The position numbers were made by a program, and so were the translations under genes. A stretch of 54,956 nt of DNA, counting the filler, from Ionaspis alba (Eukaryota): assembly GCA_964255285.1 (NCBI GenBank). It is 3 parts of 3 records of this genome, joined end to end, with 100 filler letters (N's around TTAATTAATTAA, not from the genome) between each part and the next. Parts side by side here need not be neighbours in the genome. Positions count along the whole stretch, not along the records: positions 1 to 18,467 come from CAXUUL010000290.1; positions 18,568 to 36,716 come from CAXUUL010000293.1; 1 more part is not named here. One strand, 5' to 3'. The notes under the pieces are model-generated. The model was not told the origin of the DNA. It saw only the letters and a program-made list of their open reading frames with translations, and searched no databases. This document shows positions 12,901-24,888 of the stretch, in pieces. Position 1 is the stretch's first letter; every line of letters starts with the position of its first letter.

Positions 12901-15311
12901 AGATAGGTGTCCCCTACCTTCGCATTTAATGATCTCGCTGTAAATTTCGGCGTAAAGCTGGGAAAGCTTTGGTGGCAATCGTCGCAAATTTTCACGTATG
13001 TCACTGTCGCGCTTCAACGTGCAGAGACGTTCGAGCTGCATACTGGCCCATAGGAACCTGAAGAAGTTTGTGGCCGTTAATGAATTATCCACTATGAAGC
13101 AATACGCAATATCAATGATGACTCACATGCCGGCCGACCCTTTTATGACCTCTTCTATGATTAGATTTCTCATTTCGTCCTTCGCCCGGCTATTACGTAA
13201 TAATCGTCCCTTCATGACCAATCTTTCTGTTTCGCTTTTCACATACTGTTCAATATCTCCAGTATTCCTCACCGATGATATCTCCACATTGTAGTAGTCT
13301 TCCAATTGGATGGCAATATCCTGCTCGTCTCGACTTGACACGAGAACCTTGACCAAGGAAGGCGATTGGTTGACAAGATTCTGCAGTTGATCTAGGATTT
13401 CGAGACGTGAACCCTCATCACATTCGTCCAGTGCGTCGATGACAACGAACGTTACAGGGTAGTATTCAGTCAATTCAAGGGCAAGCGCAGTGCTTTCTTT
13501 TAGTTCAAGTCCACCCGATGCAAACCCAACAGCCTGCTTTTCCTTGAATTTCTCCAGAGTTGGGGGGAAAAGAGGAACGTCAGGCCCGGGGCAGGAGAGT
13601 TGTCTAACAATGCTTGCTAGGATCGCTTCCGGGTTTGACCGGTCCTTTTCTGCAGGATTGCGCAAACAATAGAAGTAAACTGGAGGATGGTTTCCGCCAG
13701 GACTGTATCCTTTCCTGATATCTTCGATAACAATAGACCTACAATTACACCATTAGACTTAGATTCAACGAGGAGCAGAAAGAATCCCATACACGAGTTT
13801 GCTTTTGCCTGAACCGGGCATACCATGTAGCCAAAGAATCGATGAGTTTCTGTCTTCCTTCCAACTCTTATAGACGGGATCGTCGAGGAACCATTGCCCA
13901 GTTCCTTCAAGAACGTCTCTTTTGGTCTCGTTGTGATACTTCAGGTACGGTAGATTGGATATCTTGCATAGAATGTCCACGCGCTGAGAAGCTGAGAGCT
14001 TTTAGCTAAGATATGGCATTACATATGATGAAGCATTGACCTTCTAAATGATCTTCCACAGAAGTCAGTTGTGTGCCCAGGCGCGCTATGGGACTATCAA
14101 GGTTTTCCAACAGCCTCACAAGATCAGAATGCTTGGCGTTCTGATCCGACTGTTTCGCTTTTTGCACTGGACAAGCTTAGCAGACTCATGTTGATATGTG
14201 CAGGAATCTAGTAGATACCTGAAGAAGTTGCGGCGAGATTTGCATGGTGGCTATGCTGGCCTAGGGACGACACAATGAGAGAAGTACCCGAATACCACCA
14301 AGAGGCGAAGATTACCTTCTGCATCAACGAGAGTTGCGAGTTTATCAACGCAAGCTTTATTTAATAACACAGTCTCCAAGAACTTATCCATGTCTTCTTT
14401 CGAAAGAAACGCACTTTTCAAAGTTGCTTTAAGAAACACGCAAGATCAGCATTTATCTTCAGTGATGCTCTGAGTAGACTGACTTGGGGAATATTGCTCG
14501 ACGTAGACTTTGGCCATGGCCAAATACCTGAGAACTGATGCATAGAGTATCACTAAGGCTTGCTTGAGCTTTTCTGTAGACTCGGAGGTATGACGAAGAT
14601 ACAAATCTTCGAAGATTGCATAGCGGTCGATGATGTGAGCTATCGTGTCTGCACCTTCCACCACGAAGTCAAATCCCACGATATCCTGGACTGCTGTCTT
14701 GAAACAGATCAGCATAAGTAAATGACTGTACAGACGAGATGACCAACTTTCAGAAGGAAACGCACGCCAGCCCAGGGTAGTGCGGCTTGGCCAGGTCTAT
14801 AGTAGGTCGTCGAACGTCCGATTTCATCAAAGAGCTGAACCGATTTGATTACTTTTGCGCAGAGATCTTGGAGGTTTATCGTCTGCCCATTCCGTGTATA
14901 GTGCTTTCTCTTATTGATACACTCATCTCTTGCCTGTTCAGTCAGAGCTTTGAGCTCTGAGCCATTGAAGGAGGTACTCGATTGACCGAACTTGAGTTTC
15001 TGCTGTTCAGGCTGATTCACTTGTGCTCTTGCGAGAGCCCACAAGCCATCGTCTGAACTGAAAGCGCTCTCTTAGCAGAATTTTGGTGTGATATGGGAGG
15101 ACCATTACTTCACTAGCGCTGGGCCAGGACATATCTGTCCGGCTTGTGGCGCTGGAGGCCCAGATAGGACAGGCTCGCCGGCAGACGTCACACCGTTCGG
15201 CCCAGGCATTGTTTCGAAGTCTGTCCAGCATTGTGGTACGAGCTCTTCCACGGTATCGTCACATACAGTCCCCTTAACCCCTTTGGTGCGGTGTGGCACG
15301 GAAAATGGCAT
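9907..15311 (-). CDS. Fungal NLR-like protein: N-terminal helical domain, NACHT NTPase, ankyrin-like repeats
   Basis: Nine exons can be joined in frame. The product has AALPWAGVRFLLK (NACHT N-terminal domain motif), EGTGQWFL, Walker A WLHGMPGSGKSKL, Walker B FVVIDALDEC, VLVSSRDE and GMFLWASMQL. These are followed by ITE..M.AAA.N-type repeats and canonical ankyrin repeats (TPLSVAA, TPLHRAA, GDTPLFLA). Confidence 0.9.
10712..10946 (-). repeat. Near-identical 117-bp (39-aa) tandem duplication inside the NLR repeat domain
   Basis: tcgatagcgccgctccgatctaaca occurs at 10721 and 10838, and ccagctgcagcgatcatcaagtcttcg occurs in both copies. The peptides are DRFEINVTEDLMIAAAGNEGQGLEIIELLLDRSGAIEII and ERFQINVIEDLMIAAAGNDYEGLEIMELLLDRSGAIEIT. 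Confidence 0.92.
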
Positions 15312-16088
15312 TAGATAGTTTGTCTGGATTCTGTTTTCTCTTTCTTGGGAAGGAACAAAGACACGACCACTGGGCTGCCCTTATTGGTCATAGTGTATGT
15401 GAACTGGTCTAGCAATTAATCAACAACAAAGATCCAGCATTGCGGTGGGAAAGTCGTGGAGGGCTGGCGTCTTTCAGCCTGGGACAACCTAGCTGCACGA
15501 TCATCCACCTGCCGCGCCTGCATCCAATCAGCATTGTGCTGTGCCGCAGACAACTTGTCACACAGCAAACAGATCATTGGATGCTTATAGGGAAGATTCC
15601 CAGTTTGCTTTCTGTAACTCCCTACAGCATCCGATCTGTGACCTTGGGTCTATGCTAACAAGCATACTGGCTTCCGCTCGCGGCTGTGGTATTGGATCAA
15701 CCAAATGATAAGTATGGTGATGCAGGAATTCAGGGGTTTAAATCTCGTGGAACGCTACGATTACGCGTATATAGCTTGAAACCTTCCTACCAATACGATC
15801 TTTAGTCCTCTATTCCTACAGTGAGAAGGAAATGTAGGAATCGAAAGTATATGGGCGATATCAACAACGGAACTTCCTGTTTCATTTTCGTATACCACCC
15901 CGAACATGACGATGTGCTGTTCAAGGTTGCCATCCATTCTCCTTCGTTCTCGCAGGAACTAGTTTACCCCACCAGTCTAGCCCTCTCGGAGCTCATGTGG
16001 AGGAACAGATTCGGGCACATTATTCGGAAGAATAGAAATGATTACAAACATTCAGAGCATCCATAGAAGCTCGATATAAAGTAGATAC

Positions 16089-17575
16089 TTAAGCCCAAGC
16101 TCCTACAATAGCCATCAACGCCGCCCCACCAACCACCGCCCCACAAGCCTCTAACCTCCTCCTGCCCCTCAAACTCCCATAACTACCCTCACTCAAAAAA
16201 TCCTCCGCCAACAACTCCACCAACCCCGCAAACAGCAACAGACCACTCGAAACGGCATTCATAACCCCAACCATCAACAAACCCCCCTGGCCCTTCGGAT
16301 CATAAAGGCCATGGACCGCCAACCCAATCGCCTGCCCAATCGGCGTCGTAGTACCATACGCCAAAGCCATGAGCCAAGGTTTGAGAGACGAAGGCGGCAG
16401 AGCAACGGAAGCGATGCGAGAGCCCAGGGCCAGGCCCTCGAAGGTTTGGTGGAAGGAGATTGCGAGGAGGAGGACGGCGAAGGGGGGGCCGGTCGATACG
16501 GAGAGGGCGATGCCGATGAAGACTGAGTGGAAGAGGATGCCGGCTTCGAGGAGGAGGCATTGTAGGAGGAGTTTTTGTTGTTGGGCGTGGGTTGGTGGAG
16601 AGGAGGGTGAGGGGTTTTGGGTGGAGTGGGAGGCGTGGTTGGAAGGGTTGAGGAGGTCGATGGCGTCGTTGGAAGTTGTGGGGTCGAGGTCGTCGAGGTC
16701 GAGGTCCGAGTCGTCGGCTTGGGAAGTGGTGTCGTTCTCGCCTGTTGTCTTGGGGATACGATAGATGCTGGGTGAGGGTTTCGGAGAAGATGGGACGTGG
16801 CTCCAGATTTGCTGTTCTGTTGATCCTCCAATTGGTCCTAATGCAACAGCATTTGCTTGTTCCTGATCACCAATTGGTCCCTGACTAAAGCGTCTCGGCA
16901 TTTGACCCCTCTGTCGTTTAAAGTTGGTATGACCGTTTTCCATAGTGCCGTGACTCGCATGCCCGTTCTCCTCTGGAACCTTGTCGTATTCACTGCCGTG
17001 CATGTGCCCAGCGCCCCTTGTAGCAAAGAACATCTCAGTACCTACTACCACCAAAACAGACACCATAGCTATCAAGCCCGCCATTGCAGGATAGCCATTG
17101 TTCCAGAATGCCGGGAGACATGGATCGGTCAGTGAGACGAAAGCGGTTGGGAGGAGGTGGACGAAAGCTGTTGCGATGAGAACGCCTGTTCCGAAATGGC
17201 GAGACAGGAAGAGGGCATGATGAGGAATCGGTAGACGCGGAAATCGTCGAGCTATAATGGGGAAGGAGCATGCTGTAGCGTTTGTGAGTAATCCCCGCCA
17301 CAAACGTGGACAATTGGACTTACCAGCTGTGCTAAGCACGAGGATGAGGACCAGTGCAAAGACATGGAGCGAAGTGTTATATTGCCCCCGCCTGCCCTTC
17401 GTCCCACATTCGGGCTTTGTAGCCGCATCTTCCCGTCGCTTCAATTCCGCGTGTAATAGCGCGGTTGGGATCTCAGACCAGGAGGAGGGTGCTGAAGAGG
17501 AATGTCAGCGGACACTTTGCATGTGCAAACAATGGCCCAACCTTGTCCTCCAAGATATTCTGCTGGTCCGAGCAT
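16089..17575 (-). CDS. ZIP family zinc/iron transporter
   Basis: Motifs RHFGTGVLIATAFVHLLP, LLEAGILFHSVFIG, HQTFEGLALG and TTPIGQAIG, plus a His-containing loop. There is an intron at 17323-17273. The start at 17575 is inferred via a short first exon (MLGPAEYLGGQ) and is uncertain. Confidence 0.92.
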
Positions 17576-18467
17576 CCTAACTTCGGTCTATCATGCCAAA
17601 GGCTTCCATCTTCTCGAGCGTTCCACCTCAAGTCAACAAACATGCAATGTTGGCCTTTCGAGGTTATGCCCAGATCACCGCCATGCCCTATTCGGAGATC
17701 GAATCGAGTTTAGCCGTAACCTCCAATCCGACGCCGCTATTTTAATTAGTCTGGAGGCGGTCCTCCCGTTATTCAGCCGCATGTCTTGGCAGAAGAAGTC
17801 AGCACATATGTGCCCCTTGCTCAGTTTAGGCTCACGCGAGCCTGCCGCTTTTAAAGAGAGCGCTGGGTGAGCAAGGGTGATAGAACGTCTTATTCAGGCG
17901 AGACAGCACACCAGCGATTTTTTTTTTTTACCAACACGAGTTTTCGAGTATTTAGAAACGCGCGCGTATATACGCACATCTCACACCTCTCATATGTTCT
18001 CACATCTACCAATTTCCGCGCCGTAGGTTGTACGAGACGGAATTGAGAAAAGGGTTGGTGGAGATAGAAGATACCGAGGTAAAACAGATAGGTCTATTAT
18101 TTCTTACCGCTGGGGATGGCGCAAGTTCATGGCAATCATAAGATATATCCATGAAACAGCAATGTTGCTGAGCACGATGCCCTCAATTGCCAGCACGGAA
18201 TTACCTCTACTGCTGGAAGGGAGATCCATGCCCTACAATCAATTCCAAACCATGCTTCCTTCGACTCTCTCAAACCACTCCCTCACCATACCAGTTCCCA
18301 TATCCTCATACCAGAGTACAGTCGTAGCCATAGTTTTGGACTACCTAGCACTAATAGTTCATTCCCATTCGTGGTTTCGTGTAAGGCACTTGAATATAAG
18401 CAAGGAAATTACTTCCTCATTGCTCCACATGAAGCGACCATGTTCCCTCCCGAGGATAGAAAACGGT

Positions 18468-18567
18468 NNNNNNNNNNNNNNNNNNNNNNNNNNNNNNNNN
18501 NNNNNNNNNNNTTAATTAATTAANNNNNNNNNNNNNNNNNNNNNNNNNNNNNNNNNNNNNNNNNNNN
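18468..18567. other. Artificial scaffold gap with TTAATTAATTAA six-frame stop linker
   Basis: A 100-nt block of N with ttaattaattaa in the centre (18512-18523); the same construct occurs at 36717-36816. Confidence 0.93.
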
Positions 18568-18808
18568 GCCAAGACCATCATCTGCATGCCCCCAGTCGCG
18601 CCGCATCAGCTCGACAAATAATTCTGGACAACTCAACCCGACCCCCTACCCGTTCATCCAACCTCACTCTCACCTTCATTTCAATTCCCAGCGCACTTTG
18701 CGACCCCTCTGGCGTCGTCTACCTTCAGTTTAGATCGCTCCTTCATCTTTCAATTTGCAAGGAAAGTTGGAGCCTGGTGCATGAGCGCGACCAAAGACAG
18801 CTGCAATC

Positions 18809-21800
18809 ATGGCTAATGCCTTGCCCATCCGCTTCACTGAGCTCCTTCAGGTTGGTTTGCCATTTGCTACAGGGGCAGAAGTTGCATAGATAAAGGCTAA
18901 CGTTTCAAATCGTAGTTGACTCAAGCCGGTATTCAGGTGAGCTTCACTCGAGCAACAGCTTGAGCTGTCCGGAGCAGTACTGACATCCAAATAGCCTGCC
19001 GCAATAGGCTTCAATTCATGTGTAAGCTTGCTCTTTCAAATTGAACTTCTCCCATGGGCTCGTGCTAACTACGTGACAGACTCTAGAGTCCGATACCTAC
19101 ATATGTGTTCGCCAAAAGGCGAGTGAGGAGGCACAACCTGAAGTCATCATAATCAATCTCAAGAACAACAATGAAATCATCCGGAGACCCATCAAAGCCG
19201 ATAGTGCTATCATGCACTGGCATAAGCAGGTCATTGCTCTCAAGGCTCAGCAACGTACACTACAAATCTTCGATCTGGGACAGAAGATCAAGCTCAAGTC
19301 GGCCACCATGAATGAGGATGTCCTGTTCTGGAAGTGGATAAGCGTTGATACCCTGGGCTTGGTGACGGAGAGCTCGATATATCACTGGAACGTCTTCGAC
19401 GCAGCCCAGGCTTCACCTCTGAAAGTCTTCGAGCGAAATGCCAACCTCAACGTATGCCGCACGTGCCTCACGACTGGTTGGATGTTACTGATGCTTTCAT
19501 AGGGTAATCAAATCATCAACTACCGAGTCAACGAAGACGACAAATGGATGGTCGTCGTTGGGATCTCCCAACAAGGAGGTCGGGTTGTCGGTGCCATGCA
19601 GCTATACTCCAAAGACCGTGGTATCAGTCAGGCTATCGAAGGTCATGCGGCTGCATTTGGTACAATCCATCTCGAAGGAGCTCCAGCCGATACTCGTGTC
19701 TTCACATTTGCCGTCCGAACTGCGGTGGGAGCCAAGCTACACGTGGTCGAAATTGACCACCAGCAAGGAAATCCTCCTTTCCCAAAGAAAGCGGTTGATG
19801 TTTACTTCCCCCCGGAGGCTACCAACGACTTCCCAGTCGCAATGCAGGTCTCGCAAAAGTACAGCATCATCTATCTGGTAACGAAATACGGCTTTATCCA
19901 TTTATACGATCTAGAGACCGGGACTTGCATTTTCATGAACCGCATTTCGAGCGAAACGATCTTCACGACAGCGCAAGACTCAGAATCTTCCGGGATTGTT
20001 GGTGTTAATCGGAAAGGTCAGGTGTTGGCAGTCAGCGTCGATGAGAGCACGATCATTCCTTATCTTCTTTCAAATCCAGCCAATTCTACTTTGGCAGTCA
20101 AGCTTGCGTCTAGAGCCGGACTTCCAGGTGCAGACAACCTTTATCAACAGCAGTTCGAGCAACTATGCAACCAACAAGATTGGGTAGAGGCAGCCAAGAT
20201 CGCCGCAAACTCGCCTAGAGGTTTCCTCAGGACTCCGCAAACGATTGAAAGGTTCAAGCGCGTTCCTGCGCCACCGGGCGGAGGGCTTTCCATCGTCCTA
20301 CAGTATTTTGGTATGCTGCTTGACAAGGGCACACTCAACAGCGTGGAGAGTATCGAGCTCGTTCGGCCTGTTATGCAACAAAATCGAAAGCATCTTTTGG
20401 AGAAGTGGCTGAAAGAGAACAAGTTGGAGTGCTCAGAGGAACTCGGTGACATCGTTCGACCTCATGACATGCAACTGGCGCTTAGCATCTATCTACGAGC
20501 AAATGTTGCAGCCAAGGTTGTTGCCGGATTTGCCGAGACTGGACAATTCGATAGGATTCTACCCTATGCCCAACAGAGTGGATACCAACCGGACTACGCC
20601 CAGCTTCTTCAGCACATTGTCCGAGTGAATCCGGAGAAAGGTGCAGAATTTGCATCGGCGCTTGCCAACTCTGAGAGCGGACCGCTGGTGGACATCGAGA
20701 GGGTGGTCGACGTTTTCCAGTCTCAAAACATGATTCAGCAAGCGACAGCCTTCCTCCTCGATGCGCTGAAGGACAATCTGTCAGAACAGGCACAATTGCA
20801 GACACGTCTTCTTGAGATGAATCTCGTCAATGCACCTCAAGTAGCTGATGCAATCCTTGGGAATGAGATGTTCTCGTACTATGATAGACCAAGAATTGCA
20901 CAGCTCTGCGAGCAGGCCCAACTGTATCAGCGTGCTCTTGAGAATACGGACGATCCGGCGACTATCAAGAGAAATATCGTCAGAACAGATAAGCTGAATC
21001 CCGAATGGCTGGTCTCGTACTTTGGACGAATGTCGTTGGAGCAATCACTGGACTGCTTGAATGAGATGCTGAAGGTCAACATTCGACAAAATCTTCAAGC
21101 TGTTGTCCAGATTGCTACTAAGTACTCCGATCTCCTGGGTCCAAATCGTCTCATCGAGTTGTTCGAAAAGTACCGCACAGCCGAAGGCTTATACTACTAC
21201 CTCGGAAGTATCGTCAACCTGAGCGAGGACCCCGACGTACACTTCAAGTACATTGAAGCCGCGACCAAAATGAGCCAGTTCACCGAAGTGCAGCGGATCT
21301 GCAGAGACAGCAACTTCTATAATCCGGAGAAGGTCAAAAACTTCCTCAAAGAGGCTCGGCTTACCGAACAGTTGCCTCTTATTATTGTTTGTGATCGATT
21401 CAACTTTATTCACGATCTTGTTCTCTACCTCTATCAGAGTCAGCAATTCAAATCCATCGAGATCTACGTTCAGCAGGTTAACCCGGCCAGAACACCCGCT
21501 GTCATCGGTGGACTACTCGATGTCGATTGCGAGGAGTCTATTATCAAGAACCTTTTGCAGTCTGTCAATCCTGCTTCAATACCAATTGACGACCTTGTCT
21601 CGGAAGTCGAATCTAGGAATCGCCTCAAGCTTCTTCTACCCTTCCTTGAGGCTACTTTAGCCAGTGGCAACCAGCAACAGGCGGTCTATAACGCTTTGGC
21701 AAAGATCTACATCGATAGCAACAACAACCCAGAGAAGTTCCTGAAAGAGAATGATCTCTACGACACCTTGACTGTCGGAAAGTACTGTGAGAAGCGTGAT

Positions 21801-24153
21801 CCAAACCTGGCATACACAGCATATCGAAAAGGCCAGAACGATCTTGAGCTTATCAACATCACCAACGAGAATTCTATGTACAAAGCTCAAGCTCGATATC
21901 TCTTGGAACGAGCTGACTTGGAGATCTGGGGATTTGTGTTGAATGGTAACAACGTACACCGACGGTCACTCATCGACCAGGTCATTTCGACTGCTGTCCC
22001 AGAGTCTACTGAACCCGACAAAGTCTCCGTTGCTGTCAAAGCATTCTTGGATGCGGACCTACCTGCAGAACTCATCGAACTGCTCGAGAAGATCATCCTT
22101 GAGCCATCGCCATTTAGCGACAATGGCAGCCTTCAGAATTTGCTCATGTTCACTGCCGCGAAAGCCGACAAAGGCCGTCTCATGGAGTATATCCACCAAC
22201 TCTCCGCCTATAATGCCGAAGAAATCGCAAACACCTGCGTCTCTGTCGGCCTATTTGAGGAAGCTTTCGAGATCTATAAGAAACAGAACAACCACACTGC
22301 AGCAACCAATATATTGGTTGACCATGTTGTTAGTATCGACCGTGCTCAGGAATATGCTGAGCGTGTTGAGCTGCCCGAGGTCTGGAGCAAAGTGGCCAAA
22401 GCGCAGCTTGATGGGCTTCGTGTGACCGATGCCATTGAGTCCTATATCCGAGCGCAAGATCCAAGCAATTACAACGAAGTCATCGAAATCGCAACTCATG
22501 CTGGCAAGGATGAGGATCTCATCAAATACCTGCGTATGGCACGCAAGACTCAACGAGAAGCCCCCATCGATACTGCGCTTGCGTTCTGTTACGCACGAAC
22601 CAATCAGCTCAACGAGCTTGAGGACTTCCTTCACTCTTCAAATGTTGCCGACGTCGAAGCTTCTGGTGACAAGGCCTACGAGGAAGGTTACCACCAGGCA
22701 GCTAAGATCTTCTTCACCAGTATATCGAACTGGGCCAAGCTCGCGACGACCCTTGTTCATCTCGAAGAATACCAAGCTGCCGTGGAGTGTGCACGCAAAG
22801 CCAACAGTGTCAAAGTGTGGAAGCAAGTCAACGAGGCGTGTGTTGCAAGGAAAGAATTCCGTCTTGCTCAGATTTGTGGTCTGAACCTCATCGTGCATGC
22901 CGAAGAGTTGACCGACCTTGTTCGCCAATACGAACGCAATGGCTACTTCGACGAGCTCATCTCCCTCCTTGAAGCTGGCCTTGGTCTTGAACGAGCTCAC
23001 ATGGGCATGTTCACCGAGCTTGGAATTGCTCTGTCGAAGTATCACCCTGAACGGGTTATGGAGCATCTGAAACTGTTCTGGTCTCGCATCAATATTCCCA
23101 AGATGATTAAGGCATGCGAGGAAGCAGCCTTGTGGCCAGAACTCATCTTCCTGTACTGTCATTACGATGAATGGGATAATGCTGCTCTCGCCATGATGGA
23201 ACGTGCTGCTGACGCCTGGGAACATCACTCGTTCAAGGACATCGTCGTCAAAGTCGCCAATCTCGAAATTTACTACCGTGCTCTCAACTTCTATCTCCAA
23301 GAACAGCCATCTCTTTTGACCGATCTGTTACAGGCTCTGACACCTCGAATCGATGTAAACCGCGTTGTCCGCATGTTCGAGAAGTCCGATAATATTCCTC
23401 TCATCAAGCCTTTCCTTCTTAATGTGCAGACCCAGAACAAGCGAGCCGTCAACAACGCCATTAACGATCTTCTGATCGAAGAAGAGGACTACAAGACACT
23501 CAGGGACTCGGTTGAGAACTACGACAACTATGATCCGGTAGATTTGGCTCAACGTCTCGAACGCCACGACCTAGTCTTCTTCCGCCAGATTGCTGCCAAC
23601 ATCTATCGTAAGAACAAGCGATGGGAGAAGTCGATTGCGTTGTCGAAGCAAGACAAGCTCTTCAAAGACGCCATCGAAACAGCTGCCATTTCAAGCAAGA
23701 GCGATGTCGTAGAAGAGCTCCTCCGATATGTAAGTCGTCCTCGTCCCCCTCCTCTCCTTTCATACCGCTCCCCTTACTCACATCTCTTCCCTCCAGTTCG
23801 TCGACATTGGCAGCCGTGAATGCTACGTGGGCATGCTGTACGCCTGCTACGACCTCATCCGTCTCGACGTCGTCATGGAGCTCTCCTGGCGCCATGGCCT
23901 GACCGACTTCACCATGCCCTTCATGATCAACTTCCTCTCACAGCAAGCTTCCACCATTGAGACGCTCAAGCGCGATAATGAGGAGCGCAAGGCTCGTGAG
24001 GCGAAAGAACAGAAGGAGGAGGACAATACACCAATTCTAGGCGGGTCAAGACTCATGCTTACGCAGGGATCGGCAGGAGGCGCACCGCCTTCTTTGCCGT
24101 ACCATCAGACTAATGGCGTCACGCCACAACCAACCGGATTTGGGAGGTTTTAG
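18809..24153 (+). CDS. CHC1: Clathrin heavy chain
   Basis: MANALPIRFTELLQ, several small 5' exons, TLESDTYICVR, RRPIKADSAIMH, FPPEATNDFPVAMQ, clathrin repeats and GLERAHMGMFTEL. A last intron (about 23730-23796) precedes the trimerisation region ending at GFGRF*. Confidence 0.98.
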
Positions 24154-24665
24154 GTTGATGACTGGATTGCGTCAATAATCAGGAGCGGAATGCGCGCGCT
24201 AGGGTGAAGGTGTGCTTTAGACAACATTGCGGAGCTGTGGTATTTCCGAAACCATATGGTTTTGATCATGGGACATGCTCCGCGTCTTTCTTTGTTCTTA
24301 CTGCTGTTGCTCGGTTCCTTACGAGGACCTGCGACAACTTTTGTACCACATCCATGGAAAACGCTGTGACGGGTGCCCAGGGTCAGGAAGATTGCTTACT
24401 TCGAGCTTCTGTATTTTAGATCAAAAGGAGTAGTAATTCACGTGCTCACATACTTCAGACCTAGTGGTAGTGGTGAATTCTTGTCTGGCACGCCCGGCTC
24501 GAAATTGGAAGAGTATGTAACATAAGCTATTGGAGACCTCCCGGATCCTTGTAACCCCTTGTATCTTTACCAACCACACATAGGTCAGAATAATGAACAT
24601 TGTAGAATTCTCGTTACCACCGTTCTTCGGGCACAAATTTGCTTGAGGTGTGTTGAGGATCGAAA

Positions 24666-24797
24666 TCGAATAATGAGGTGTGGAGGAGGTTGCCAAAGCT
24701 GAACGAAAGATCTAAAAAATTCTTGGAGACGTCTAATGATTCAAATAATATGGTGTGGAGGAGGTTGCCATGCCAAAACGAAGGATTTAGGATATTT
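24666..24797. repeat. Diverged direct repeat with a period of about 75 bp in a convergent intergenic region
   Basis: tcgaataatgaggtgtggaggaggttgccaaagctgaacgaaagatcta (24666) versus tcaaataatatggtgtggaggaggttgccatgccaaaacgaaggattta (24741). Confidence 0.75.
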
Positions 24798-24888
24798 AGT
24801 GTCCAATGATCTATGCTACATACTTCTACAACTCTCCGTCTACACAAATCAGTTTTGATTTACCTCGCGATCCTCCGTGTGAATTATA

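Noticed and set aside
16274..16831. Long alternative-frame and antisense ORFs over ZIP, CHC1, PYC and the chitin synthases
   Set aside because: They are shadows of biased codon usage in real genes, with low-complexity products and no independent motifs.
18512..18523. Palindromic TTAATTAATTAA within N runs (also 36761-36772)
   Set aside because: It is an artificial six-frame stop linker added during scaffolding.
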